This document shows positions 52,483 through 60,876 of a stretch of DNA of 64,000 nucleotides, piece by piece (position 1 is the stretch's first letter; the number at the start of each line of letters is the position of its first letter). The stretch is from Bdellovibrionales bacterium (GTDB lineage Bacteria > Bdellovibrionota > Bdellovibrionia > Bdellovibrionales > JAGQZY01). Below the pieces are notes generated by a model. It had not been told where the DNA came from. It saw only the letters and a list, made by a program, of their open reading frames with translations, and did no database searches. Position numbers and translations under genes: made by a program. The stretch spans positions 121,129-185,128 of the forward strand of contig CAXREJ010000053.1 of NCBI GenBank assembly GCA_964229765.1. Reading direction: 5' to 3'.

Positions 52483-53318
52483 GAAGCTTTTTGTTTATCC
52501 TTTTTATTTTGCTGGGCTTTTCCTGATTGAGCAGGAACATCTGAATTTTTCATTTTAAACTGAATATAACGCAAGTAGCGAGTGGCACTGAATGAATCGG
52601 GATTCATTCCCTGACTCTCGCCACTGCCCTTCTTGATCTCTTCAAATATGTTTTTTGCTTCTTCAAGTTTCCCAATCTCTTGCAAACAAACCCCTTTTTT
52701 AAGTTTTGCTTGTGAAGTCATAAAGCTTGAACCTTCGGTGATAGGCTGCCAGAATTTCAATGCTTTTTCACATTGATTCTGACTCGCTAGCAAATCACCG
52801 GCTCTCATTTGCATGACATAATAAACGATATCTTGGCTTCCCCATTTTTCGATGGCTTTCTCAAGAGCGGCCACACCTTTTTCTGGTTGCTTATACTCTT
52901 CATAGATTTCGGAGAGTGTTAAGGCCGCCTCACCAGAAGCTTTATCTCCTAAATGATCAGCCAGAAACTTTTCTAATTTTTCTACAATTTGAGGATAGTC
53001 TTTTTCAAGCTCGCCGGAGGCTTCAACAGCGGTCACTTTATCTTCTTCAGAATCCTTTTTTTCTTTCTTTTCTTCTTTGGCTATTTTGGCTTCATCAAAG
53101 GATTCTTTTTTTTCTTCATAGACCTTTGTAATGGCATAGAGTTTTTTAAAAGACTCCTTTTCGTTGCCTGATTTCAAATTAGACATGTAGGCCCAGACAC
53201 TGCTTGCAACTATAATAGCAATGAATAAGCCCAAAACTAATTTAAAGTTTTTTTCGATAATCTTGCCCACTTGCGAAACGAACTCCAGGGAGTCGAATTC
53301 TTTTTTATCTTCGCTCAC
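52479..53318 (-). CDS. YfgM-like membrane-anchored TPR protein
   Basis: 279 aa with a single N-terminal TM helix (LVLGLFIAIIVASSVWAY) and a helical TPR-like C-terminal region. ATGA overlap with the BamB-like gene. Confidence 0.5.
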   Translation of the reverse strand: MSEDKKEFDSLEFVSQVGKIIEKNFKLVLGLFIAIIVASSVWAYMSNLKSGNEKESFKKLYAITKVYEEKKESFDEAKIAKEEKKEKKDSEEDKVTAVEASGELEKDYPQIVEKLEKFLADHLGDKASGEAALTLSEIYEEYKQPEKGVAALEKAIEKWGSQDIVYYVMQMRAGDLLASQNQCEKALKFWQPITEGSSFMTSQAKLKKGVCLQEIGKLEEAKNIFEEIKKGSGESQGMNPDSFSATRYLRYIQFKMKNSDVPAQSGKAQQNKKDKQKAS

Positions 53319-53357
53319 TTAGCACTCCTTCTTGAAGTTTACAGGTAACCAGTATTC

Positions 53358-54470
53358 CTAGCGGTTGTAAACCTCTTTTAAAGTGGTAAAGGGTCGAGAA
53401 CCTAAACCTTGGTGTTTTCTTTTTAACTCACCAATAATTTTAAGACGCTCATCAGCCATCTTGAACGCCGCATCATAAGTCGAGCAATTGTCCCTTTTAG
53501 CCACAGCAAAGACTTTCGTCATATTGTCATAAACAGATGTGGTGCGTTCAAGAGCACGCTCCACAGAATAACCTTCAAGCTCAGCGAAAACATTCATCAG
53601 GCCCCCTGCGTTAGCAACAAAATCAGGAGCATAAAGAATGCCCACTTCTCTTAGGGCATCAGCATGACGAGTCTCAGCAAGAACATTATTGGCACCACCG
53701 GCTAGAATTTTACATTTTAACTCAGGAATGGTCTTATCATTGATGATGGCACCTAAAGCACATGGAGCGAAAACATCGCACTCTACAGTGTGAATGGTAT
53801 CTGGATTTGCAACTTCAGAACCATGCTTTTCAGACAAAGCTTCCACTCTCTCACTATCAATATCAGCAATGATAGTTTCAGCTCCCTCTTCACTCAGATA
53901 ATTAAGGAGATTGGATCCAACGTTTCCTAGACCTTGAACGGCCACTCGAACACCATTCAAATTGTCAGAGCCTAACTTTTCTTTACAGGAGGCTTTGATA
54001 GCCATAAGAACACCGTGAGCCGTGTAAGGAGAAGGGTCTCCTGATCCACCAAGACCTTTTGGAATACCAGTCACCCATGATGTTTCCATATAGATATTTT
54101 CCATATCTTTAACAGTGGTCCCAACATCTTCGGCTGTAATATAGCGACCATTGAGAGCATTAATATACATTCCAAAAGCTCTAAAGAGACCTTCTGATTT
54201 ATCCTTTTTTGGATCACCTATAATAACAGCTTTACCGCCTCCTAAATTGAGTCCAGCCGCAGCCGCTTTGTAAGTCATTCCCTCAGAGAGGCGAAGAACA
54301 TCAACAAGAGCTTCTTCTTCGCTTTTATAGTTCCACATTCTTGTTCCGCCGAGGGCTGGACCGAGGGTGGTGTTATGGATGGCAATGATTCCCTTAAGAC
54401 CTGTTGCTTTATCGTGGCAAAAAATTACTTGTTCGTGATTCCCGCATTTTTGAATATTTTCAAAAACCAT
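53358..54470 (-). CDS. ldh: Leucine dehydrogenase (branched-chain amino-acid dehydrogenase)
   Basis: 370 aa. Colinear, by my recollection, with Bacillus LeuDH (GIIAIHNTTLGPALGGTRMW, GLNLGGGKAVIIGDP, GRYITAEDVGTT, VAVQGLGNVG, YAPDFVANAGG). Confidence 0.85.
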   Translation of the reverse strand: MVFENIQKCGNHEQVIFCHDKATGLKGIIAIHNTTLGPALGGTRMWNYKSEEEALVDVLRLSEGMTYKAAAAGLNLGGGKAVIIGDPKKDKSEGLFRAFGMYINALNGRYITAEDVGTTVKDMENIYMETSWVTGIPKGLGGSGDPSPYTAHGVLMAIKASCKEKLGSDNLNGVRVAVQGLGNVGSNLLNYLSEEGAETIIADIDSERVEALSEKHGSEVANPDTIHTVECDVFAPCALGAIINDKTIPELKCKILAGGANNVLAETRHADALREVGILYAPDFVANAGGLMNVFAELEGYSVERALERTTSVYDNMTKVFAVAKRDNCSTYDAAFKMADERLKIIGELKRKHQGLGSRPFTTLKEVYNR

Positions 54471-54508
54471 TGTGATCCTCCCACGCTAAAAAGAAAGATA
54501 GCGTCATT

Positions 54509-54520
54509 GTGAGCGCTCAC
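54509..54520. promoter_or_regulatory. Perfect 12-bp palindrome GTGAGCGCTCAC (context cATTGTGAGCGCTCACctt) upstream of the leucine dehydrogenase gene
   Basis: Read from the sequence, 39-50 nt upstream of the ldh start codon. Identical to the core of the symmetric ideal lac operator, so a LacI-family-type operator is plausible. Confidence 0.45.
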
Positions 54521-54550
54521 CTTAATAAAAAGAACTTATTGTTTGCAAGA

Positions 54551-54579
54551 AAAAAACCGCGTTCTGCCTATAGAACGGG
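54551..54579 (-). terminator. Rho-independent-type terminator on the minus strand
   Basis: The minus strand reads CCGTTCT-ATAGGC-AGAACGcGG followed by TTTTTTT. It lies 135 nt downstream of the 962-aa gene stop. Confidence 0.5.
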
Positions 54580-54714
54580 ATGGGATATGATATTAATTAA
54601 ACGGGCTCTATAAGGAAAAGTTATAAGTTTAGCTTATTGAAAATCAAATGCCAGCAAAACAGACAATTTAAGCTATTTCTCCGAAGCCCCATCCACAATT
54701 TAGAGGGCAGCACC

Positions 54715-57603
54715 CTAAGGAACTCTCTGTCCAGACAACTTAATATTGGCTCTTCTCGTATCACCATTAGCTGTGTATATAACAGTTAAGATATCCTCAA
54801 AGGTGCCCACACCGGAATCCACAAACTTCACATTCATCGTACAACTATTACCAGAGCTCAGAGTGGCACAAGTATGACCAGTCACAAGAAATGCTGGACC
54901 AACACTATGACTTGAGAAAGTCAAAGAGTCACTTCCTCTATTATAAAGAGTGAAGGTGTTAACGAGTTCTGTACTGGCCGATTGCGTTGGAAACTCATAA
55001 ATTGGTGAATCATCAAAGGCTAAAAAACCACTCACTGGTTGGTTGTTTAAAACACTAACACTTTGATGGTCTTGATGACCCGCAAATGAAAACTCTAGGT
55101 TGGTGGAGCTCAAATAAGTGGTGGGTTGATAATAAAACTTTTTAACAGTCTCTGCAGAAAGGTCTGATTGAAAGCCTAAATCGGCAACATTGTCAGCAAC
55201 AGTGGATAAGGTCGCATCATTGTCACATGGAAAACCAGAACCATTGCCATAATTTAAATTATCATTAAATAAAAGACCTTTGTCATCGCTGTTGTCGACG
55301 ATACTCACCAATGAAGTTCCCGCAGGGAAAGTTGTTGGGTAACTGTTAGGCCTGTGATTATCAAAGGCACCCACACTTATTTCACGACAACTCCCAGCGA
55401 TTTGATCACCATGCACATCGACATGGTAATGACTCACGGGCCCAGGGGTAACAACTGTGATGGAGTCATTTTGAGCGCTAATATTACTTCCACTTAAAAA
55501 ATTGGATATATTTTTAAGATTTGGAAAACCTTGGATGAAAACGGGGACCATGGCTCGATCATCGAGCAAGTTAAAAGATGACAATATATTGGTGTTACTC
55601 CTGCAATCGGATAAGCTCTCAAACACAGAAACTGAATTGCTGTCAGCATCAACAAGGCTTGAAAAACTGACACTGGAAGATGATGGAATATTGATTAGTT
55701 CTCCCCTTGAAGTTACAGAGGCAATATAAAACTTTACACACTTTTCTGTATTGGCCATCTCAAGGGCATCATTGCGCTCAAAGCTTGGCACTAGTTTTAT
55801 TTTATCAAAAGTCTCTTGTGAAATAGAAGAAAGAGAAAAGTGCCCCGAAGAAAGAGCGGCATCATTGTCAGCCGCCGTTAACTGAAAAGTAGCCTCTGTA
55901 TTGGTGGATTTTAGCCAGACAGTGTGTTGCCTATTTAAATCCACTGATGTGATCGCATCAATCTCATTAATGCAGTCTTCTTGATTATCAAAGAAAACCT
56001 GAAAGATACCATTAGATGAAAGATTGACCGTCACATCTCCATCTTCACTCTGAGCTAATTGGTTGTCTTCGTCTCTTAACTCTATATTCATGGGATAGCA
56101 GGTGCCTTCATAGGTGACTCCTGAGAATCCATCGACAGTCGGGACTTTAACAATGTTAATGCTCTCTGGTGGTCCTGAGTGATTTTCCTCTCTTAAGTTT
56201 GTGAGTGCTGTTTTATAATAACTTCCACTAGAGTTCTTAAGGCAAATGGCCACAACAGAAGGTTGATAACCACTGGTGCTCACCGTAGAAACTTGGCCCG
56301 CCCGACTGGGGTAAGTGCCGAGTGACACAAAGCCCGCATCCTTCATTTTTTCACAAAGATACCCCTCGCTCACAGGATCTCGAATCAGATCGTCATTAAA
56401 CGAATTGGCATTATTTAATATAAAGACTTCAACACCTTGAGGAAGATAGGTGTTGCCCACTATTTTCCATTTTATTTGATTATTTAATGGATCATAGTCC
56501 AATAGTTCCGTTAAGCCACTCTGAGGAGCCGGAACAAATGGTCCGTTATATCCAATGCTTGAGCTGTCACTTCCACCACGCGTGATTTGAGGCAGTTTAA
56601 TTTTCTGAGGAGCCGTCAAACCAGAGCAGGTCTCGCTTTGTCCGCTGAGAGCGGTATGACTTTTGGCAAAATCACCCCATTTAAAATACTCAGTACACTC
56701 CACTGTGGTTGCATTTTTACAAACTCGACCTTTTCCATTAGAGCCATCAAGCACTTCAGTGGCGGCAAAAGGGAGGGCGCAATATCTTCTAGTATTTGGG
56801 TTTTGACCAAAAAAACCAGCAATCACTTTTTGGGGCGGTCGTTGAACAAAAGTGCCGTCTCTGTTTCGATCAAAATAAGGAGAACCCATTGAAAAGTGAA
56901 CAATCTCCCGTCCTTGAGGAGCGATGCCTGGACTTAATAAATTAAGTCCTCTGCCATCATGGAGATCCGTAAAAAGGGGAACATCAAAATATTTGTTTCC
57001 AACCTCATCAAAGCCTGTGAAAAAGTACTGAAACGCCACAGTATCTAAGGCAAAGAGATTGATGAAGCCAGCAAAAATCTCTGTTTCTTGAATTTTAATT
57101 GCTGGTTTTCCCTGACCCACAAAGATTTTCATATCAGCGCGACCTGTAAGAAAACGGCCCGCCATAGGGAATCCGGCTTTTGGAATGTAACGACCAAAGA
57201 TTTTCCCTTCCCCTTCAAAACTTCCCTTTTTTTCTAGATTGATTTCAACAGAATTTTGGCCAGGATTTAAATCAATCAAAAGGTCACCGTAGTTAAGGTC
57301 TGCGGAAATATTATTTTCAACCACTGCTAAAACCTGAATCAATTTATTAGGGCCGGTTGTTGTTTCAATTTCAATATTAGAGCAATTTTGTTCACATTTT
57401 TTATATTGATAAGTCCCATCAGGATGATGAATGTTGACAATGAGAACATTGATATCATTGTTTAAACTTTGCAAACTCTTTGATTGAAATTGAAAAGAGA
57501 GAGACGCTGTGGATTGTTTTTTAGTACAACCCACTCCAACATATAAAAATACAATGAGAATAAAAAATTTAATACCAGAGAACGTACCTTGTTTCATCTT
57601 CAC
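54715..57603 (-). CDS. Large (962 aa) lipoprotein with choice-of-anchor-D/ASH-like C-terminal domain
   Basis: Lipobox VGVGC|T. The C-terminal ~90 aa (FTLYNRGSDSLTFSSHSV...GHTCATLSSGNSCTMNVKFVDSGVGTFEDILTVIY) fit the choice-of-anchor-D Ig-like pattern. The rest is unrecognised. Confidence 0.6.
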   Translation of the reverse strand: MKMKQGTFSGIKFFILIVFLYVGVGCTKKQSTASLSFQFQSKSLQSLNNDINVLIVNIHHPDGTYQYKKCEQNCSNIEIETTTGPNKLIQVLAVVENNISADLNYGDLLIDLNPGQNSVEINLEKKGSFEGEGKIFGRYIPKAGFPMAGRFLTGRADMKIFVGQGKPAIKIQETEIFAGFINLFALDTVAFQYFFTGFDEVGNKYFDVPLFTDLHDGRGLNLLSPGIAPQGREIVHFSMGSPYFDRNRDGTFVQRPPQKVIAGFFGQNPNTRRYCALPFAATEVLDGSNGKGRVCKNATTVECTEYFKWGDFAKSHTALSGQSETCSGLTAPQKIKLPQITRGGSDSSSIGYNGPFVPAPQSGLTELLDYDPLNNQIKWKIVGNTYLPQGVEVFILNNANSFNDDLIRDPVSEGYLCEKMKDAGFVSLGTYPSRAGQVSTVSTSGYQPSVVAICLKNSSGSYYKTALTNLREENHSGPPESINIVKVPTVDGFSGVTYEGTCYPMNIELRDEDNQLAQSEDGDVTVNLSSNGIFQVFFDNQEDCINEIDAITSVDLNRQHTVWLKSTNTEATFQLTAADNDAALSSGHFSLSSISQETFDKIKLVPSFERNDALEMANTEKCVKFYIASVTSRGELINIPSSSSVSFSSLVDADSNSVSVFESLSDCRSNTNILSSFNLLDDRAMVPVFIQGFPNLKNISNFLSGSNISAQNDSITVVTPGPVSHYHVDVHGDQIAGSCREISVGAFDNHRPNSYPTTFPAGTSLVSIVDNSDDKGLLFNDNLNYGNGSGFPCDNDATLSTVADNVADLGFQSDLSAETVKKFYYQPTTYLSSTNLEFSFAGHQDHQSVSVLNNQPVSGFLAFDDSPIYEFPTQSASTELVNTFTLYNRGSDSLTFSSHSVGPAFLVTGHTCATLSSGNSCTMNVKFVDSGVGTFEDILTVIYTANGDTRRANIKLSGQRVP

Positions 57604-57854
57604 AATCCCCTTTCCAATTCCCCTATTTATCGGTTATTTCAAAAGAATTCTTAAAAAATGAAACAATTGTTTTTCTTTAATGTGATTAAAAAATAAACCT
57701 CTATCGTTGGCTATTTAAGCCCATTTTAAGGCAATAGGAAGATAAGTTAGGTATTGCGACCAACGGTAATGCGGAAATATTTAAATTCGACCTGAAGACT
57801 GGCCCAGGAGAATAAGAATCAAGACATCCTTATAGAGACTCATATTGAGAGATT

Positions 57855-58550
57855 TTATAGAAAATTGAACGCGAGCACGACTAAACTTCCCGAAACAATT
57901 CCGCCAATAAAATAAAGGAGTCCTTTGGGCAGACCTCTGTATTTTGCTTTTTTTTGCCTTAAATCTGTTTGTTCTTTAAGCCAATCAAGGAGTTGTGCTT
58001 TAAGATTATGAATTTCCTTTGGAGAAAGTTGTGGAGTCGCAACTGCGTTTAACCAAAGGCTGGCTTTATATTGAGGATGCTTTTCTTGTAAAAGCAAAAA
58101 CCACTCTAGAGCACGATAAATGTGGGGCGGAGCCTCCCCTTTTTTCTGAGTCCATCTTGTCCAGGCCGATGGATCCACCATTAAAAGTTGAGCCATTTTC
58201 CGCTTTGAAAGTCCAAGTTTGCGACGAATCTCCTCTAATTCACCATGGGTTTTAATCATACTTGAAACTTCAGCGTCGTATTTAATCCGTAAAGAAGATT
58301 TGGGTCTCCCGTCAGCCTTTGCTGGCTTCAAATTCTCGCTTCGAGATTGTTGATTTTGATCAGAAAAATAAGGGCGTTTTTCTTGGTCAAAAGAAGCCCC
58401 TAAAAAGGGGGTATTTTGAGCCTTATTTTGAGTGTTTTTTTTGGTCCCTTCGGTGTCGATATTAAAGCTGCCTTCAAATAGGGCTTCTAAATCTGCCTTT
58501 GAAAGCCCAAGAGGATCTTCCGAGTGATTTTTGTTCTTGTCCAATTTCAA
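57855..58550 (-). CDS. Membrane-anchored XRE/MqsA-type HTH protein
   Basis: 231 aa with a TTG start. HTH segment LGLSKRKMAQLLMVDPSAWTRWTQKKGEAPPHIYRALEWFLLLQEKHP and a C-terminal TM helix (LLYFIGGIVSGSLVVLAFNFL). Confidence 0.55.
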   Translation of the reverse strand: MKLDKNKNHSEDPLGLSKADLEALFEGSFNIDTEGTKKNTQNKAQNTPFLGASFDQEKRPYFSDQNQQSRSENLKPAKADGRPKSSLRIKYDAEVSSMIKTHGELEEIRRKLGLSKRKMAQLLMVDPSAWTRWTQKKGEAPPHIYRALEWFLLLQEKHPQYKASLWLNAVATPQLSPKEIHNLKAQLLDWLKEQTDLRQKKAKYRGLPKGLLYFIGGIVSGSLVVLAFNFL

Positions 58551-58904
58551 CCCTTCTCATGTTGTGATTTATTATTTTATATATTGTATTTAGCAATACT
58601 ATACGTTGCTATACGCAATGCTTCAATAATGGAGTCGAGCGATACTCGTTTAAGCATCTAATATTACTGGTATTTTATGGATTTATATGGTGTTTTTAGA
58701 TAGGAAATAGACTAATTCACACTTATAGTTATAAGATAGATACTTAAATAATTGATATTATTGAGTAAAATAGGTGTTTGAATTCAGGCCTCCATATTTG
58801 CCCTACATGAGGCGAGAGCAAAACGAAGGGTAAGACCTAGGTAAATCTCATTTTGGTATGCTTATATTATAGGCAAATGAAAAATTGGGTTTTCACCTCT
58901 TTTT

Positions 58905-58985
58905 TTGATTTAAAAAAATCTCAATTTAAAAATCAAAATCTTTTTTCATTTTTGATTTCTAAAATCAGACTTTTCAATTTTTTAA
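58905..58985. repeat. AT-rich cluster of AAATC/GATTT motifs and short inverted repeats
   Basis: For example AAAATCAAAA (58929-58938) pairs with TTTTGATTT (58950-58958), plus GATTTaaaaaaATC at 58907-58920. Lies within a 630-bp non-coding, very AT-rich gap (58551-59181). Confidence 0.4.
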
Positions 58986-59181
58986 ACCCCCATTTTTAGA
59001 ACCCAAAAAAATTCCCTCTTTTTTTATGAGGAGTTTTGCGTTTTTATAAAGTTCGCTTAATCTTAAATTTTGACAACAATGACGTCCGGACGATTCTCCA
59101 GCCTGTTTATATCTATTGTCCTTGTGTAAGGATGACTTTTACAGCCCATTTAATGGTAGGATTTAGGAAAACAGATCGGCA

Positions 59182-60069
59182 TTACAATGCTCTAAGGGAA
59201 CTCTCCAAAAGGCTTAAAGCCTCTTTAATAAAGTCTTCTATTTTTTTTCTTTTGGAAGAGCTGAGGTTGGGCGAAAGGATTTCCAATAAGCGATTGAGCA
59301 TTGGTCGATCCCTTAAGATTCGATCTCTCAAAGTATCCACATTTACCTCAGTAACCAACTCACCACCATGAGCTGACATTTCTTCAATCGTCGGCGATAA
59401 AAACTCCAAAATTTCATTTTGTCCATGAGGGCGCAAATCAGACCCTTTTATCGGAACAGGTAAAGATCTTAAAGTGAAACTCAATAAAGATCTTGCAGGA
59501 TTATCAGCTAATTCAACCACTGATTGAGGTAAACTCTGCAAATCTTCCCATTGAGGCCTGGAGCTCCCTTGAAGTGAGATCCAGTTGTTTTCAATCAAGT
59601 CCTCCATAAATTGTTCACGCGTCCATGGTAATTGAGTCGCAGGATTCAGGTTTTCTTGATAATTTTTCAATAATTTAATACCGAATCGAGCTGAATTTAA
59701 GCCTCCTAGTAGTAAATGATAACTGAAAAATGCATGATGATTATCAACCAAGCGGATACGCCCCTCAATGTCTTTAATAATTGGGAGAGGCTTATTAGAA
59801 GTCCTTTCCAGCACGAAATCACCAGCATTTTTTCCTGGATGAGTCTCAAGCCAAGATTTGTATTTGACTCTTAACTCATCAAGCTTTCTCAGTGCCCATG
59901 CATAACCAATAAAATCTTGGGTAAAACGAATTTCTCCAAGAGCCGCTGGCTCTTCTAAGCGGAGAACATTTGAACACAAGTGCTGAGCTATCACGGGAGG
60001 TGACATGAAAATCATAAATACAGAAGCACTTAATAGCTTTAATTTGAATGTTTTCTTCAGAAATTTCAT
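59182..60069 (-). CDS. Secreted ParB-like nuclease-domain protein (ParBc_2-type)
   Basis: Signal peptide (SASVFMIFMSPPVIA|Q). Motifs EIRFTQDFIG and LPIIKDIEGRIRLVDNHHAFFSY fit the ParB/Srx-fold nuclease pattern. Confidence 0.55.
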   Translation of the reverse strand: MKFLKKTFKLKLLSASVFMIFMSPPVIAQHLCSNVLRLEEPAALGEIRFTQDFIGYAWALRKLDELRVKYKSWLETHPGKNAGDFVLERTSNKPLPIIKDIEGRIRLVDNHHAFFSYHLLLGGLNSARFGIKLLKNYQENLNPATQLPWTREQFMEDLIENNWISLQGSSRPQWEDLQSLPQSVVELADNPARSLLSFTLRSLPVPIKGSDLRPHGQNEILEFLSPTIEEMSAHGGELVTEVNVDTLRDRILRDRPMLNRLLEILSPNLSSSKRKKIEDFIKEALSLLESSLRAL

Positions 60070-60280
60070 TCTAATTATTAAACTTCCCGTAAAAAGCTTT
60101 AAAATTTATAGACCAAACTTAGACTAACTTAAACTTTCTCTAAGGCCAATCAAATTGAAAAAGAGATAGAGCTGTTCAAATTTTTTACGCATCCCTCTTA
60201 CACTACCTCTCAAGGTATGATTGTTATTAATTTTCTGGCTATCATTTGACAGATGACCTTATTCAACTTCTTATAAATAT

Positions 60281-60820
60281 ATGTCCACTCGCCGATCAAA
60301 ACCTTATGCTATTAACAAGAATAAGTACTTGCTGGATCCAGAGTATAAACACCTCGAGATTCTCCTGAAACGCTATATCTTAAAAGAACCACGGAATTGC
60401 CTACTTCTTTATTTAGCTATGCATACTGGTGCTCGCGCCACAGAACTCCTTAATATCAAAAAAGAAGATCTTAATGTGTACGATCAAAGTGTTTTTATTC
60501 ATGGAATTAAAGGCTCTAATGACCGAGAAATTCCCCTTCCTACTTGGCTTTTTGATGCCCTTGAGGCTTACTCAAAATCAGTTCCTGAGGATAGGTTATT
60601 TGATTTGAGTTATCACCGTTTAAGACAAATTTGGGAGAACTATAGACCCGTTAAAAAGAAGTTTCACTGCCTTAGACACACTTTTGCCATTCGACTATAC
60701 AAGAAAGTTAAAGATATTCGACTTTTGCAATTGGCTCTTGGTCACAGGAATATTACTAATACCATGATTTATGCCGATTTCGTATATTCCCAGGATGAAA
60801 TGCGAAAACTCATCCTCTAA
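60281..60820 (+). CDS. Minimal or truncated tyrosine recombinase (catalytic domain only)
   Basis: 179 aa. Catalytic residues are in context: HTGARATELL (Arg), HCLRHTFA (HxxR), LGHRNITNTMIYA (His...Tyr). No N-terminal core-binding domain. Confidence 0.75.
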   Translation: MSTRRSKPYAINKNKYLLDPEYKHLEILLKRYILKEPRNCLLLYLAMHTGARATELLNIKKEDLNVYDQSVFIHGIKGSNDREIPLPTWLFDALEAYSKSVPEDRLFDLSYHRLRQIWENYRPVKKKFHCLRHTFAIRLYKKVKDIRLLQLALGHRNITNTMIYADFVYSQDEMRKLIL

Positions 60821-60826
60821 ATAAGA

Positions 60827-60847
60827 AAAGGCCCATAAAGGGCCTTT
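60827..60847. terminator. Bidirectional intrinsic terminator AAAGGCCC-ataaa-GGGCCTTT
   Basis: Perfect 8-bp GC-cored stem between convergent genes. T-rich tracts follow on both strands (ttttcttattt on the minus strand; ttattcttttt on the plus strand). Confidence 0.7.
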
Positions 60848-60876
60848 AATGTTATTCTTTTTGATTATTTTAAGTT

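Noticed and set aside
59036-59371. 111-aa plus-strand ORF overlapping the ParB-like gene
   Set aside because: It starts in the AT-rich gap without an RBS and runs antisense into a gene with signal peptide and domain motifs.
58551-60280. tRNA or tmRNA integration target and att direct repeats next to the tyrosine recombinase
   Set aside because: I found no cloverleaf-capable sequence and no GTTCGAATC-type T-loop. The only repeat I found between 58.7 kb and 62.5 kb was a 9-nt AT-rich match (TAACTATAA), which is not significant in this composition.
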